A stretch of DNA of 62,935 nt, filler included, from Octopus bimaculoides (GCF_001194135.2; 6 parts of 6 records of this genome joined end to end with filler, not necessarily neighbours in it); one strand, 5' to 3'; positions 1-11,318 are shown, counted from the whole stretch's first letter. The notes: generated by a model not told the origin, from the sequence alone. A program made the numbers and translations.

Positions 1-41
<41 letters not shown>

Positions 42-553
42 CATACACACACACACACATATATATATAAGTAGGTAGATAGATAAATACAGATATACTC
101 ATGTATATATGTGTACATGTATAGTGTGTGCATGTGTGTACATGTATATATACATATATATATATATATACATACACACACACATATACAGACACAGATA
201 TATACATATTTATATATGTATGTACATATGTATGAGTGGATATATCTATATCTACAGCAATCCATCTATTGTTATTGATTATTCTTCACCTAACTTGGAA
301 CCTGCAATTCATTTGGATCTGGAGTATTTAGACAGCAGTGCAATAGGTGCAGTGAATGCACCCATGTGTGACCTTGATGACTCATTGTGTATTTGGTCAG
401 CCATTTGTGAATGCATGCATAACTGGAGTACAAATTCCTGTTTACACTAGATAGTATGCATTCATTGCCATACATTGTAACACTATTCCTGACCTAACCT
501 TGGGTGCTTAACTATTTAAGTATTTGATTCTTGTGAATCCTGGAAATTTTTTA

Positions 554-650
554 GGAGTGGCTTTGTGGTAAGTAGCTTGCTTACCAACTACATGGCTCTG
601 GGTTCAGTCCCGCTGAGTGGCACGTTGGGCAAGTGTCTTCTACTATAGCC
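554..650 (+). mobile_element. tRNA-derived SINE family A, 5' part
   Basis: A-box-like TGGCTTTGTGGT, B-box GGGTTCAGTCCC, then TTGGGCAAGTGTCTTCTACTATAGCC shared with many other copies in the window. Confidence 0.85.
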
Positions 651-879
651 AGGTGGCATTATTAAAAATGCATTTCTGCCCTCTTAGGCTTCATCAGTGA
701 CAAGCATCTACTGGAAATTGCACGCTAAGACTAAATCTACTAAATCTACTGTTACTGATGTAAGAAAACAGTGACTGAAAAATCACTGATACTGCAAACA
801 GCCAACTGGCAGAATAAAAATTCATTTGGGTTTTTTTCTTTTTATTATTATTTATAAGTTCAGGTTTTCATTTTTTTTT

Positions 880-1190
880 GTTATCCTAAATCTAAAGAAA
901 GAAAATTAACTTTTCTGCCCCCAGAGGAGGAGGAGGAGGAGGAGAGGGCAAGGAGAGAACAAAGCAGAGGACGAGGATGGGGAAAAGAGGGGGTGGAGAA
1001 AGAGGGGACAAGGCAGAGGAGAAGGAGGAGGAGGAGAGGTTGCAGAGAACTAAGGAAAGATCAGATCTCCATTGAAATACCACAAACTCTGTGAATGAGC
1101 ATGCAAAGGTGAGCGAGAGAGAGAGAGAGAGGGGGGGACAGACAGACAGACAGACTGAAAGAAAGGAAGGAAGGATGGACGGAAGGAAGA
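880..1190 (+). repeat. purine-rich (GGA/GA/GACA) low-complexity tract
   Basis: Runs of GGA, GA and GACA seen directly. Confidence 0.9.
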
Positions 1191-2229
1191 ACTGTTATTG
1201 TGTTTGCATTGAAATGGTGTGTTGTTTGTTTGCCTTTTGTTTTATTATTCATTGTCTTTTTTTTTTCATCAAACAAATCTTTTTTTTTATTATTATNNNN
1301 NNNNNNNNNNNNNNNNNNNNNNNNNNNNNNNNNNNNNNNNNNNNNNNNNNNNNNNNNNNNNNNNNNNNNNNNNNNNNNNNNNNNNNNNNNNNNNNNNNNN
1401 NNNNNNNNNNNNNNNNNNNNNNNNNNNNNNNNNNNNNNNNNNNNNNNNNNNNNNNNNNNNNNNNNNNNNNNNNNNNNNNNNNNNNNNNNNNNNNNNNNNN
1501 NNNNNNNNNNNNNNNNNNNNNNNNNNNNNNNNNNNNNNNNNNNNNNNNNNNNNNNNNNNNNNNNNNNNNNNNNNNNNNNNNNNNNNNNNNNNNNNNNNNN
1601 NNNNNNNNNNNNNNNNNNNNNNNNNNNNNNNNNNNNNNNNNNNNNNNNNNNNNNNNNNNNNNNNNNNNNNNNNNNNNNNNNNNNNNNNNNNNNNNNNNNN
1701 NNNNNNNNNNNNNNNNNNNNNNNNNNNNNNNNNNNNNNNNNNNNNNNNNNNNNNNNNNNNNNNNNNNNNNNNNNNNNNNNNNNNNNNNNNNNNNNNNNNN
1801 NNNNNNNNNNNNNNNNNNNNNNNNNNNNNNNNNNNNNNNNNNNNNNNNNNNNNNNNNNNNNNNNNNNNNNNNNNNNNNNNNNNNNNNNNNNNNNNNNNNN
1901 NNNNNNNNNNNNNNNNNNNNNNNNNNNNNNNNNNNNNNNNNNNNNNNNNNNNNNNNNNNNNNNNNNNNNNNNNNNNNNNNNNNNNGTGGTGGCGCTGGTG
2001 GTGGTGGTAGTGGTGGTGGTGGTTTTGGTTTGAACGTTGTTGGCTGGAGCGGAGGGATTTGATTGGGAAGGTTGTGGGAGGTTGGTAGAGGTGAAGTGAG
2101 GTGGGGATGGGGGTGGGGATGAGTACCTGGAATTGGTTTCAATCAATGAAAATGCAGAATTAAAATATTTTAAGATGATTCCACATTGAACTTGGTTGTC
2201 TTCTGACTCAGTGAATTGTTGAATAATGC

Positions 2230-2397
2230 AGAAAGAAGGAAGAGAAGGGCGGAGTGGGGGTTGTAAAGAGAGACGTACAGACAGACAGAAAGAAAGAGAA
2301 TGAAAGAGAAAGAGGAAAGGAAAAGATTAAGAGAGAGAGAGGGGCAGAAAAAGGGAAAGAAATTAAGGGAGACGCAGATAGAAAAAGACAGACAGGT

Positions 2398-2430
<33 letters not shown>

Positions 2431-2750
2431 AGTAGACAGAAAAAGACAGAGTGAAACAAAAGGAGAGACAGACAGAAAGAGAGAGTGACAGGTAGAGAGA
2501 AAGACAGACAGACAGAAAAAGAAGAAGAGAGAGACAGGGAGAGATAGAGATTGATAGAGACAGACAGAGAAAAGAAACAGAAAGAGAGAGGAAGAGAGGA
2601 AGAGAAAGAGAGAGAGAGAGAGAGAGAGAATGGGAATGAAAAAGATAAAATGGGATAAAAAAAAAGAGTACAAGAAGTGCAATAGAAAGAGAGAGAAAGA
2701 GAGAGTGAGAAAAGAGTGGAGTAAGATAAGGAGAAAAATGTGAAAGAAAG
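2230..2750 (+). repeat. long purine-rich (GA/GACA) low-complexity tract
   Basis: About 500 bp dominated by A/G on the + strand. Confidence 0.9.
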
Positions 2751-4360
2751 TAATTCCTTGATTTAAACGAGGTTAATTTTGTTAATTAATCAATTTAGAA
2801 AGAATGAATTTTAAACTTACGTATGGTTAGTGTATTGCTAAGTTTATTTCTACTTTTGTATTGCTTTTTTTAAACTGTATTTCTGCGTGAATGCATGTGT
2901 GTGTGTGTGTGTGTACAGATGTGCATGTGTGCATGCATGCATTTTTGCATCTGTGTAATTTTGCTGAAGTATGTTTGCTCTATGTATTCCATGTGAGTTT
3001 TAGGTGCGAATTTCTGTGTACGTGTGTTTATGTGTATCCATGTGTGTGTATGTATGTGTGAGAGAGGGGGGGCATGCAAGAAAGTACTGGAGTTAATTTG
3101 TTTAACTAAACCCTTCAAAGCAGTGCCCCAGCCTGGCCGTAGTCTAATGACAGAAGCAAGGATTCTACGTCCTCTAAGTAAGAGAGATATGTTCTCACAA
3201 TATCTGGGAGTCCAATTGAGAAGTAAAAATCCTTCTTGAACTCTTCACCTGATATGTATATCAAACCAATGGAAATTATGACCACATAAACTTGAAAGGA
3301 AAACAAAAAATAAAGGTGAGAGACGAATAATAATTGATAGAAAGGATAGAGGAACAGACATGGATAAACTCATTTCATCAGCCAACTTTTATCCAGAGTC
3401 TTTACAGTTTCAGCACTTGGAAAAAGTTGGTATCTCTCATCTGGAAAGCATGTAGGTTCAAACGAAATGAAATGAAGACAAGTCTTGTGACTAAAAGCAC
3501 AGAGAGTGTTATAATAAGAAAAGTGAAAAGAAAAATGTTAAGTGTTATGAGTGAAAACAAACAGAACAGACTTAAGACATGTGCAACAGACAAGAACAAA
3601 CCGATATAGAGTCTAAACAAAGGTGTCTTGCAACTTTTAGGTAGATATAACTTGGACAGAATGAAATATTTGATAGTCAGTACTATTTTTGTGAGAGAAA
3701 AACTCAACAGAAGGGAGTGGTGGACATCAGTAGGAGTGGGTGGTAAGAAAGGTGGAGAGAGAGAGAGAGAGAGAGAGTGANNNNNNNNNNNNNNNNNNNN
3801 NNNNNNNNNNNNNNNNNNNNNNNNNNNNNNNNNNNNNNNNNNNNNNNNNNNNNNNNNNNNNNNNNNNNNNNNNNNNNNNNNNNNNNNNNNNNNNNNNNNN
3901 NNNNNNNNNNNNNNNNNNNNNNNNNNNNNNNNNNNNNNNNNNNNNNNNNNNNNNNNNNNNNNNNNNNNNNNNNNNNNNNNNNNNNNNNNNNNNNNNNNNN
4001 NNNNNNNNNNNNNNNNNNNNNNNNNNNNNNNNNNNNNNNNNNNNNNNNNNNNNNNNNNNNNNNNNNNNNNNNNNNNNNNNNNNNNNNNNNNNNNNNNNNN
4101 NNNNNNNNNNNNNNNNNNNNNNNNNNNNNNNNNNNNNNNNNNNNNNNNNNNNNNNNNNNNNNNNNNNNNNNNNNNNNNNNNNNNNNNNNNNNNNNNNNNN
4201 NNNNNNNNNNNNNNNNNNNNNNNNNNNNNNNNNNNNNNNNNNNNNNNNNNNNNNNNNNNNNNNNNNNNNNNNNNNNNNNNNNNNNNNNNNNNNNNNNNNN
4301 NNNNNNNNNNNNNNNNNNNNNNNNNNNNNNNNNNNNNNNNNNNNNNNNNNNNNNNNNNNN

Positions 4361-4636
4361 NGTGTACCCTTAACGTAGTTCTCGGGGATATTCAGCGTGA
4401 CACAGTGTGACAAGGCCGACCATTTGAAATACAGGCACAACAGAAACAGGGAGTAAGAGTGAGAGAAAGTTGTAGTGAAAGAGTACAGCAGGGTTCGCCA
4501 CCATCCCCTGCCGGAGCTTCGTGGAGCTTTAGGTGTTTTCGCTCAATAAACACTCACAACGCCCGGTCTGGGAATAGAAACCGCGATCCTATGACTGAGA
4601 ATCCGCTGCCCTAACCACTGGGCCATTGCTCCTCCA
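4361..4636 (-). mobile_element. tRNA-derived SINE family C
   Basis: Minus strand begins GGAGGAGCAATGGCCCAGTGGTTAGGGCAGCGG...GGTTTCTATTCCCAGACCGGGCG (tRNA-like head with A/B boxes), followed by a non-tRNA body running into an N gap. Confidence 0.8.
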
Positions 4637-4862
4637 TGACGTAAAATATACAAGAAATGAAAATCAAAATAACAGTGAAAGACTTGTGCAATAATTAATA
4701 AAAAGGACCAAAAAAAAACACAGATCAACCCATTTCATCATCAGCCGAGTTTTTATCCAGAAGCAATATGATTTCAGCACTTCTTCTTTGTCTCACTATC
4801 TTTCTCACATACCACCTTTGCCCTTTCTTTCTCTCAATTTCACTGTCTATTTTGCATTGATA

Positions 4863-4925
4863 TATCATCGCCGTTGCTTAACATCCGCTTTCCATGCTGG
4901 CATGGGTTGAACAGCTTGACTGTAC
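4863..4925 (-). mobile_element. 3' end of RTE-related SINE family D
   Basis: TTAACATCCGCTTTCCATGCTGGCATGGGTTG matches the end of the copy at 30458. Confidence 0.7.
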
Positions 4926-5224
4926 CACTCATACATGTGTGTGTATATTCATCTAATACATTTGAATAAATAGACATACTGGAATGTATACCGGCTGATG
5001 TCTGTCGATTTTATATCCTCTCCATTTTCTTATTTGCCACATATATATATATATATAAAATGAGAGAATGTGTGTGTGTGTATGTGTGTAACAGCTGAGC
5101 CATTGTCACACTGTAGTCCAATGATAACTTCGCTGGTTGAACCTTCGAAGTCACTGTCAACAGCATTCATGGATAAGAATAATAAATTTCTACTCTATAA
5201 AAGTACAGAGTAACCCACCAGATT

Positions 5225-5330
5225 AATGCAAAAAGTGTTCAACTGGTACTTATTTTACCGACCCTGAAAGGATGAAAGGTAAAGTTGACCACGGAGGGAT
5301 TTGAACTTGGAACATAAGGATGAACAAAAG
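5225..5330 (-). mobile_element. SINE family B fragment
   Basis: ACTGGTACTTATTTTACCGACCCTGAAAGGATGAAAGGTAAAGTTGACC is the reverse complement of the family B core. Confidence 0.8.
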
Positions 5331-5825
5331 ATAATGATGATGATGCTGATGATGAATAAAATGTCAAACGTTTTGGTGCATTACTTTTGGCCCACCCTGC
5401 ACATACATTTGCACACATAATTATGTTGTTTTGTTCATCTCCAATCTCTCCCCCTCTCCCCCTTTTCACAGCTTTGCCCCCCCTCCCTCTTCTTTTACTC
5501 CCTGTCTCTCTCTCTCCCCCTCTCCTTCCTTCTTTCTTTGTCTTTCTTTAGAGCTTTTTTTCACTTCCCTCCCTCTTACTTATTTCTTTTCCCCTCTTCT
5601 CTCTCAATTACAACAACTGTAGCAAGGCTGTTGATATGAAGTAATACAGCATATATATATATACATATATATATATGCATTATATTTCATTTTGATTCTG
5701 ATATATAACATATATATATATACATATATATATATATTTAGAGAATTAACATATATATATATAGATATATATATATATACATATATATATATGCATTATA
5801 TTTCATTTTGATTCTGATATATAAC

Positions 5826-5858
<33 letters not shown>

Positions 5859-5859
5859 G

Positions 5860-5890
<31 letters not shown>

Positions 5891-6337
5891 ATATGTCAGA
5901 ATCAAAATGAAATGTGATGCTTGTCATCCTCCACTGAAATAAAATATAGCAAACTATCGTTTTACAGTTTGTAATTAAAGACTTGAAATATCTTCTTGGC
6001 AAAAATAAATAAATAAATAAATATCATCAGCAGTAGCAGAAGCAGAGGAAACATAGCAGCAGCAGCGGTGGTAGCAGCAGCGGTGGTAGCAGCAGCAGTG
6101 GCAGTAGCAGCAGCAGCAGTGGCAGTATTATTTTAACATCCACTTTTCCTTAATTGCCTGGGTCGAATAGGGAGATTTTCCTGTCGTCAAGCTTCACTTG
6201 TTTCCCCTCCTCAGCCCCATGTTGACCGGACATGTTTTCACAGACGACTGGAAATGATGGACAGGACACTGCTTGCATGATGGTGACACTCGTTTACAAG
6301 CATCATGTGATGACAAGGCAAGGAGACAGTAACACTG

Positions 6338-6510
6338 CTTGACAACCGGTGCTGGTGTGTTTACATCCCCATAATTTAGTGGTTTGGGACTAAGTACTGG
6401 GCTTTACAAAAGAATAAAAAGTGCTGGGATTGGTTTGTTCAACTAAAATTATTTGATATGGTGCCCCAGCATGGCCACAGTCTAATGACCGAAACAAGAG
6501 AAGGATAAAA
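6338..6510 (+). mobile_element. SINE family A, 3' half
   Basis: CTTGACAACCGGTGCTGGTGTGTTTACATCCCC...CCAGCATGGCCACAGTC matches the 3' half of the copy at 23724. Confidence 0.8.
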
Positions 6511-6527
6511 AAAATATACATATATAT

Positions 6528-6686
6528 ATGATGGGCTTCTTTCAATTTCTGTTTAACAAATTCACTCACAAGTCTTTTTCGTTTGCCCTGGGTATCATAA
6601 AAGACAGTTGCCCAAGGTACCACAAAGTGGAATTGAACCTGGAACCATGTGCTTGGGAAGCAAACTTCTTACCACACAACCACACT
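6528..6686 (-). mobile_element. SINE family A, 5' half
   Basis: GGGCTTCTTTCAATTTC...GCCCAAGGTACCAC...GAACCTGGAACCATGTG is the reverse complement of the family A head. Confidence 0.8.
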
Positions 6687-6814
6687 ACTTGCACTGAAAT
6701 ATTATTCAACAAAATTTTTCAAAACACAAAGAAGAAAAAAAATATGTTTGCACTGAATTTTTGAGTGCAAGTAAAGCAGAAATATATATATATATAATTT
6801 TTATATATAATTTT

Positions 6815-6866
<52 letters not shown>

Positions 6867-7061
6867 TATAATTTATATTTTTGTCTCTCATGAGATGGAG
6901 AGGTGGTGGCACAAATATGCATATTGTTTTTGAATCTTAAAACTGCATCGTGTTTTAACCTATTTCTAAATTTAGTTATTTTATTACCAGGAGTATATAA
7001 TAAACTATGCACTTGTTACAAACTAATTACTACCGTTGATATTATTGTTGTTGTCGTTATT

Positions 7062-7280
7062 AAGGTGGTGAGCTGGTGAAATTGTTAGCATGCCGAGGAA
7101 AATGCTCAGTGGGTATTGAATCTGTTTTTACGTTCTGGGGTTCAAATGCTGCCGAGAACAACTTTGCTTTTCACCGTTTCAAGGTCGATGAAATAAGTAC
7201 CAGTTGAGAATTGGAGTTGATGTGATTGACTTGCCCTTCCCCAGAAATTACTGGACTTTTGCCAAAATTTGAAATCATTA
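7062..7280 (+). mobile_element. SINE family B
   Basis: GGTGGTGAGCTGGTGAAATTGTTAGC head, GGGTTCAAATGC B box, ACTTTGCTTTTCACCGTTTCAAGGTCGATGAAATAAGTACCAGTTG core. Confidence 0.8.
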
Positions 7281-7400
7281 TTATTTTATTGTGTCTGGGT
7301 AGAGTCAGATTGTCTTAATACCTTCTTGTCTAACACACTCAGTGGTTCGATTTCCACTTATTTATTATTTATATTATTACTATTATTATTATCATTTTTA

Positions 7401-7487
7401 TTGAATGAGAGCAGTGCATGCCATCAAAGTGACACTGGAATAAAATATACAAAGCCCATTATACCCATCAGGATTACCTATCGTCCA
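7401..7487 (-). mobile_element. terminal fragment of the ~540-bp TAA-associated element (family E)
   Basis: GAGAGCAGTGCATGCCATCAAAGTGACACTGG matches 15781 ff. and 16361 ff.; preceded by (TTA)n. Confidence 0.8.
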
Positions 7488-7489
7488 AT

Positions 7490-7660
7490 ATGATAACCGA
7501 AGGCCATCAGTATGAAGATGAAGTTACTGCTTTAATCATCTATTGTTATACTGAAAGCTGTTTACACCTGTGAAACCTGGAAGAAGACAGTGAATATCTC
7601 TCAGTTGCTGGACGTATTCCATTGATTTTTCCTATGTTCAATCCTGGGCATCTCTTACTG
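7490..7660 (+). pseudogene. RTE-clade LINE RT C-terminal fragment
   Basis: Manual translation MKMKLLL*SSIVILKAVYTCETWKK...LDVFH*FFLCSILGISY resembles the RTE pattern K.RL...V....Y..ETW...LDVFH.RCLR.ILGI. Confidence 0.6.
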
Positions 7661-8140
7661 GATGGGACAACCCGGGGCCGCAGCAACAAAATCTACCCAC
7701 CACACCTCTCGGTCCATCATCTCTGCCTCAAGGTCCTGGATACATTTCAGGCCAATCTCTGCAATGAAGGTGTTGATATGAGTGAGACGATATTTTCCTT
7801 TTCTTACATCACCATGAAGTGGGTTCCACAAGACCTAATTGGATGCTTCCAGTTCAGGGTGGTGCACCCAGTGACCAGATATTCACAGCTGTCTTTGCCT
7901 GATTGGGTTGCAGCAACAAAATCTACCCGCCAACCTTCTCGGTCCAACCTCACGGTCTCGAGATCTTGGGTATATTCCAGGCCAGTGTCTGCAATCAAGT
8001 TGTCCATGTGTGATTATGTTTTCCTCTTCCTTATACCTCCATGAAGTGTATTCCACAAGACTAATTTGAATACTTGCAACTCAGAGTGGCACACACAGTG
8101 ACCAGATACTCACAGCCATCTTTGCCTGATCTTCTTGCTA
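7655..8140 (-). mobile_element. two tandem diverged copies of an RTE-clade LINE C-terminus
   Basis: Minus-strand translations IRQRWL*VSGHCVCH...LVLWNTLHG...DTGL...DREGWR and IRQRQL*ISGHWVHH...VLWNPLHG...EIGL...DREVWW; unit about 230 bp. Confidence 0.75.
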
Positions 8141-8199
8141 ACTTTCGGCAGGTCTCCATAAAGGCATTCATTTGTCTTATGTTGTCGCCGTTTCACAAT

Positions 8200-8675
8200 T
8201 TCATTATTCCACCATTCCATCATTCCACCATTCCACTATTCCATCATTCTACCATTCCATCATTCCATCATTCCACAATTCTATCATTCCATTCCATCAA
8301 GCCATAATTTTACCATTCCATGATTCCATCATTCCAACACTTCTCCATCATTCCATCATTTCTCCCATCATTCCCTCATTTCCCCATTTTGTTATTCTGT
8401 CATTCCATCATTTTACTGATCCAATACTCCATCACTCCATCACCTCAATATTTTATTATTCTATCACTCCATCATTTCACCATTCCATTATTCCATCATT
8501 CTATTAATTTGATTGTACATCATTCTATCATTCCATTATTTCACCATTCCACTATTCCATCACATTACTATTCTGTCATTTCATCAATTATTATTACATC
8601 ATTCCATCTTTCCATTATTATTCCATCATTCCATCTTTCCATTATTCCATAATTCCACCATTCCATCATTCAGAG
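8200..8675 (+). repeat. degenerate (CATTCCAT)n tandem repeat
   Basis: Recurrent CATTCCATCATTCC units. Confidence 0.9.
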
Positions 8676-8799
8676 CTACAAATTTTACAATGGCAGTTTA
8701 TACAACATTAATGAAAATATTTGGTTACTATAGCAACAAGAGGAGTTGCTTGTGACCAAGTTGATGGCTTGGCTGAATAGCAACCTAGTGGCGAATTTA

Positions 8800-9260
8800 T
8801 GTTGACATATTTAATGGTTAATCAGTGCAATCGGGCTGACATATTTAATGGTTAATTAGTGCTGACATGTTTAATAGCTAATTAGAGATGACACGTTTCA
8901 TGGTTAATTAGTGACACAGATTTAATGGTTAATCTGTGCTGACATTAATGGTTAATTAGGGATGGCATATTTAATGGTTAATTAATACCGACATGTTTAA
9001 TGGTTAATTAATGCTGACGTATCTAAGGATTAATTAATACTGACATGTTTAATGATTAATTAATGCTGACGTATCTAAGGGTTAATTAATACTGACATGT
9101 TTAATGATTAATTAATGCTGACATATCTAAGGGTTAATTAATACCGACATGTTTAATAGTTAATTAATGCTGACATATTTAAGGGTTAATTAATGCTGAC
9201 ATATTTAATGGTTAATTAATGCTGACATATTTAATGTTAATTAGTGATGATATATAATTA
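8800..9260 (+). repeat. ~26-bp minisatellite (GCTGACATATTTAATGGTTAATTAAT)
   Basis: Roughly 17 tandem units; degenerate continuation at about 9490-9555. Confidence 0.9.
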
Positions 9261-9285
9261 GTGATGATATATAATTAGTAATGAT

Positions 9286-9488
9286 CTGGTAGAATCGTTA
9301 GCACGCCAGGCAAAATGCTTAGTGGCATCTCGTCCATCTTTACGTTCTGAGTTCAAATTCTGCCATGGTCAACTTTGCCTTTTATCCCTTCAGGGACAAT
9401 AAAATTAGTACCAACTAGGCTCTGGGGTCGATGTGACTGCCTTGGCCCTTCCCCCGAACATGCTGGCCTTGTGCCAAAATTTGAAACG
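9286..9488 (+). mobile_element. SINE family B inserted in the minisatellite
   Basis: CTGGTAGAATCGTTAGCACGCCAGG head, GAGTTCAAATTC B box, 3' CCAAAATTTGAAAC. Confidence 0.85.
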
Positions 9489-9825
9489 AATTAGTGATGA
9501 TATATCTAATGGCTAATTAATGCTGAAATGTTTAGTAGTTAATTAGGGATGATACTTAATGCATGGATTAAATGGAGGAATGGGTGGGTAGATATATGGA
9601 AGGACAGGTTGCCAGATAAGGTGGGTGGACAGCCAATGGGTGGATAGGTAGACAGATGGATGGCTGAGTAGATGAATAGATGGTTCGGTAGGTGACAACA
9701 TTAGCTGGAAAACAGGTGAGTAGATAGATGCATAGAGATGAATGGACAGACAGATGGAGAAATGGGTGGATGAATCTGGTGGTTATTTGGGTGGATGACT
9801 GGATGTTGGGTGGCTGAATTGATAT

Positions 9826-10039
9826 TCTTTTATTCTTTTATTTGTTTCAGTCATTTGATTGTGGCCATGCTGGAGCACCACCTTTAGTTGAGCAAATCAA
9901 CTCCAGGACTTATTCTTTGTAAGCCTAGTGCTTATTCTATCAGTCTCTCTTGCCGAACTGCTAAGTTACGGGGACGTAAACACACCAACATCAGTTGTGA
10001 AGAGATTTGGGGAGAACAAACACACACACACACAAACAT

Positions 10040-10089
<50 letters not shown>

Positions 10090-10149
10090 GATGGGCTTCT
10101 TTCAGTTTCCATCTACCAAATCCACTCACAAGGCTTTGGTCAGCCAGAG
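9826..10149 (-). mobile_element. SINE family A (5' truncated, internal (CA)/(TA) microsatellite)
   Basis: Reverse complement of the copy at 23724-24095. Confidence 0.85.
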
Positions 10150-10269
10150 GCTATAGCAGCTGTTTAGGTGTATAGACAGCTGCCTCATCCATCAATCTAT
10201 CCATCTGGCCATCTGTTCATCTACCCATTTATTTATTCACCCATCATTCATCTATTTCACTACCTATCA

Positions 10270-10635
10270 GGTTCCGGGTTCAGTCCCACTGCATGGCACC
10301 TTGGGCAAGTGTCTTCTATTATAGCCTCGGGCTGACCAAAGCCTTGTGAGTGGATTTGGTAGATGGAAACTGAAAGAATAAGTACCAAATTTTGAAACAA
10401 AAAAAAAAAGGAAAATAATTACTGCAGTTGATTTGTTCAACTAAACCCATCAAGGCATGACCGCACTCCAGCAAGACCACACTCCAGCATGACCACACTC
10501 CAGCATGACCACACTCCAGCATGACCACACTCCAGCATGACCACACTCCAGCATGACCACACTCCAGCATGACCACACTCCAGCATGACCACACTCCAGC
10601 ATGACCACACTCCATTGACTGAAACAAATAAAAAG
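10270..10635 (+). mobile_element. SINE family A, internally deleted, with a 16-bp expansion
   Basis: GGTTCCGGGTTCAGTCCCACTGCATGGCACCTTGGGCAAGTG...GAAAGAA joined to the family A 3' part. Confidence 0.8.
10455..10615 (+). repeat. 16-bp tandem repeat (CTCCAGCATGACCACA) x ~10
   Basis: Directly visible; the unit matches the SINE A motif CTCCAGCATGGCC(A/G)CA. Confidence 0.95.
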
Positions 10636-10644
10636 TATATGGCA

Positions 10645-10795
10645 AGCTTCTTTCAGTTTCCACCTTTGAAATCCACTTGCAATGTTTTGGTTGGTTCGGA
10701 GCTATAGTAGAAGACACTTGCCCAAGGTGCCATGCAATGGGATTGAACCTGAAATCACATGGTTGGGAAGTAAACTTTTCAATCACAGCAATGGT
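10645..10795 (-). mobile_element. SINE family A, 5' half
   Basis: CTTCTTTCAGTTTCC...GAAGACACTTGCCCAAGGTGCCATGCAATGGGATTGAACC. Confidence 0.8.
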
Positions 10796-11265
10796 CAACA
10801 ATGCATATTTGTATATCCATTATTACAGAGATAAAAGCTGATTAAGTTGTGAGATTCAGACTCTCAAAGATTCAATAAGAACAGAAACATTCAATAAACA
10901 AAGAGACACCATATAACAAGGCCTCTGAAGATGGCCATGGGGGTGAGTCGAAAGTCAAGATTCATTAGTTAAAGCTGTCTATCCATTTAGGCAACTAACC
11001 ACTGACAGATAGAATGTTTTTGCTGCTTTAAACCATACAAAGAGATCAGAGCAACGAGTTTTGCCAGACATGCATTAATAAAGAGCTCTTCCTAAATGAT
11101 TGATTTATGGAAAGAAACAAAGTGCAAGGACTTCGATTTATAGCAACACAACAAACAATTGGAAATGGAGGAGAGAAGTTTAAGCTTTAATATGCACAGA
11201 CACTCAAGTAATTACATCTGCATATTAATGTGTGTGTGTGCGTGGAAAGAAAGAAAGAAAGAAAA

Positions 11266-11318
<53 letters not shown>

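Noticed and set aside
290-475. YACIHKWL resembling a RING-finger C..WL motif
   Set aside because: The other RING Cys/His ligands are not at the right spacing; likely chance.
1061-2146. Long ORFs spanning N runs (also about 3.7-4.4, 18.1-18.6, 20-21, 27, 30.6-31, 50, 54-56.8 kb)
   Set aside because: They are open only because N codons contain no stops.
4560-4636. tRNA-like sequence as a tRNA gene (also the other SINE heads)
   Set aside because: It continues directly into a SINE body, and no complete acceptor stem is evident.
10455-10615. Regular short repeats as a CRISPR array
   Set aside because: Units are contiguous with no unique spacers, and the context is eukaryotic SINE sequence.
10915-10975. 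CTGAAGATGGC...GTCGAAAG as a second hammerhead motif
   Set aside because: Core-like words are present, but I cannot form helix I or a convincing helix III.
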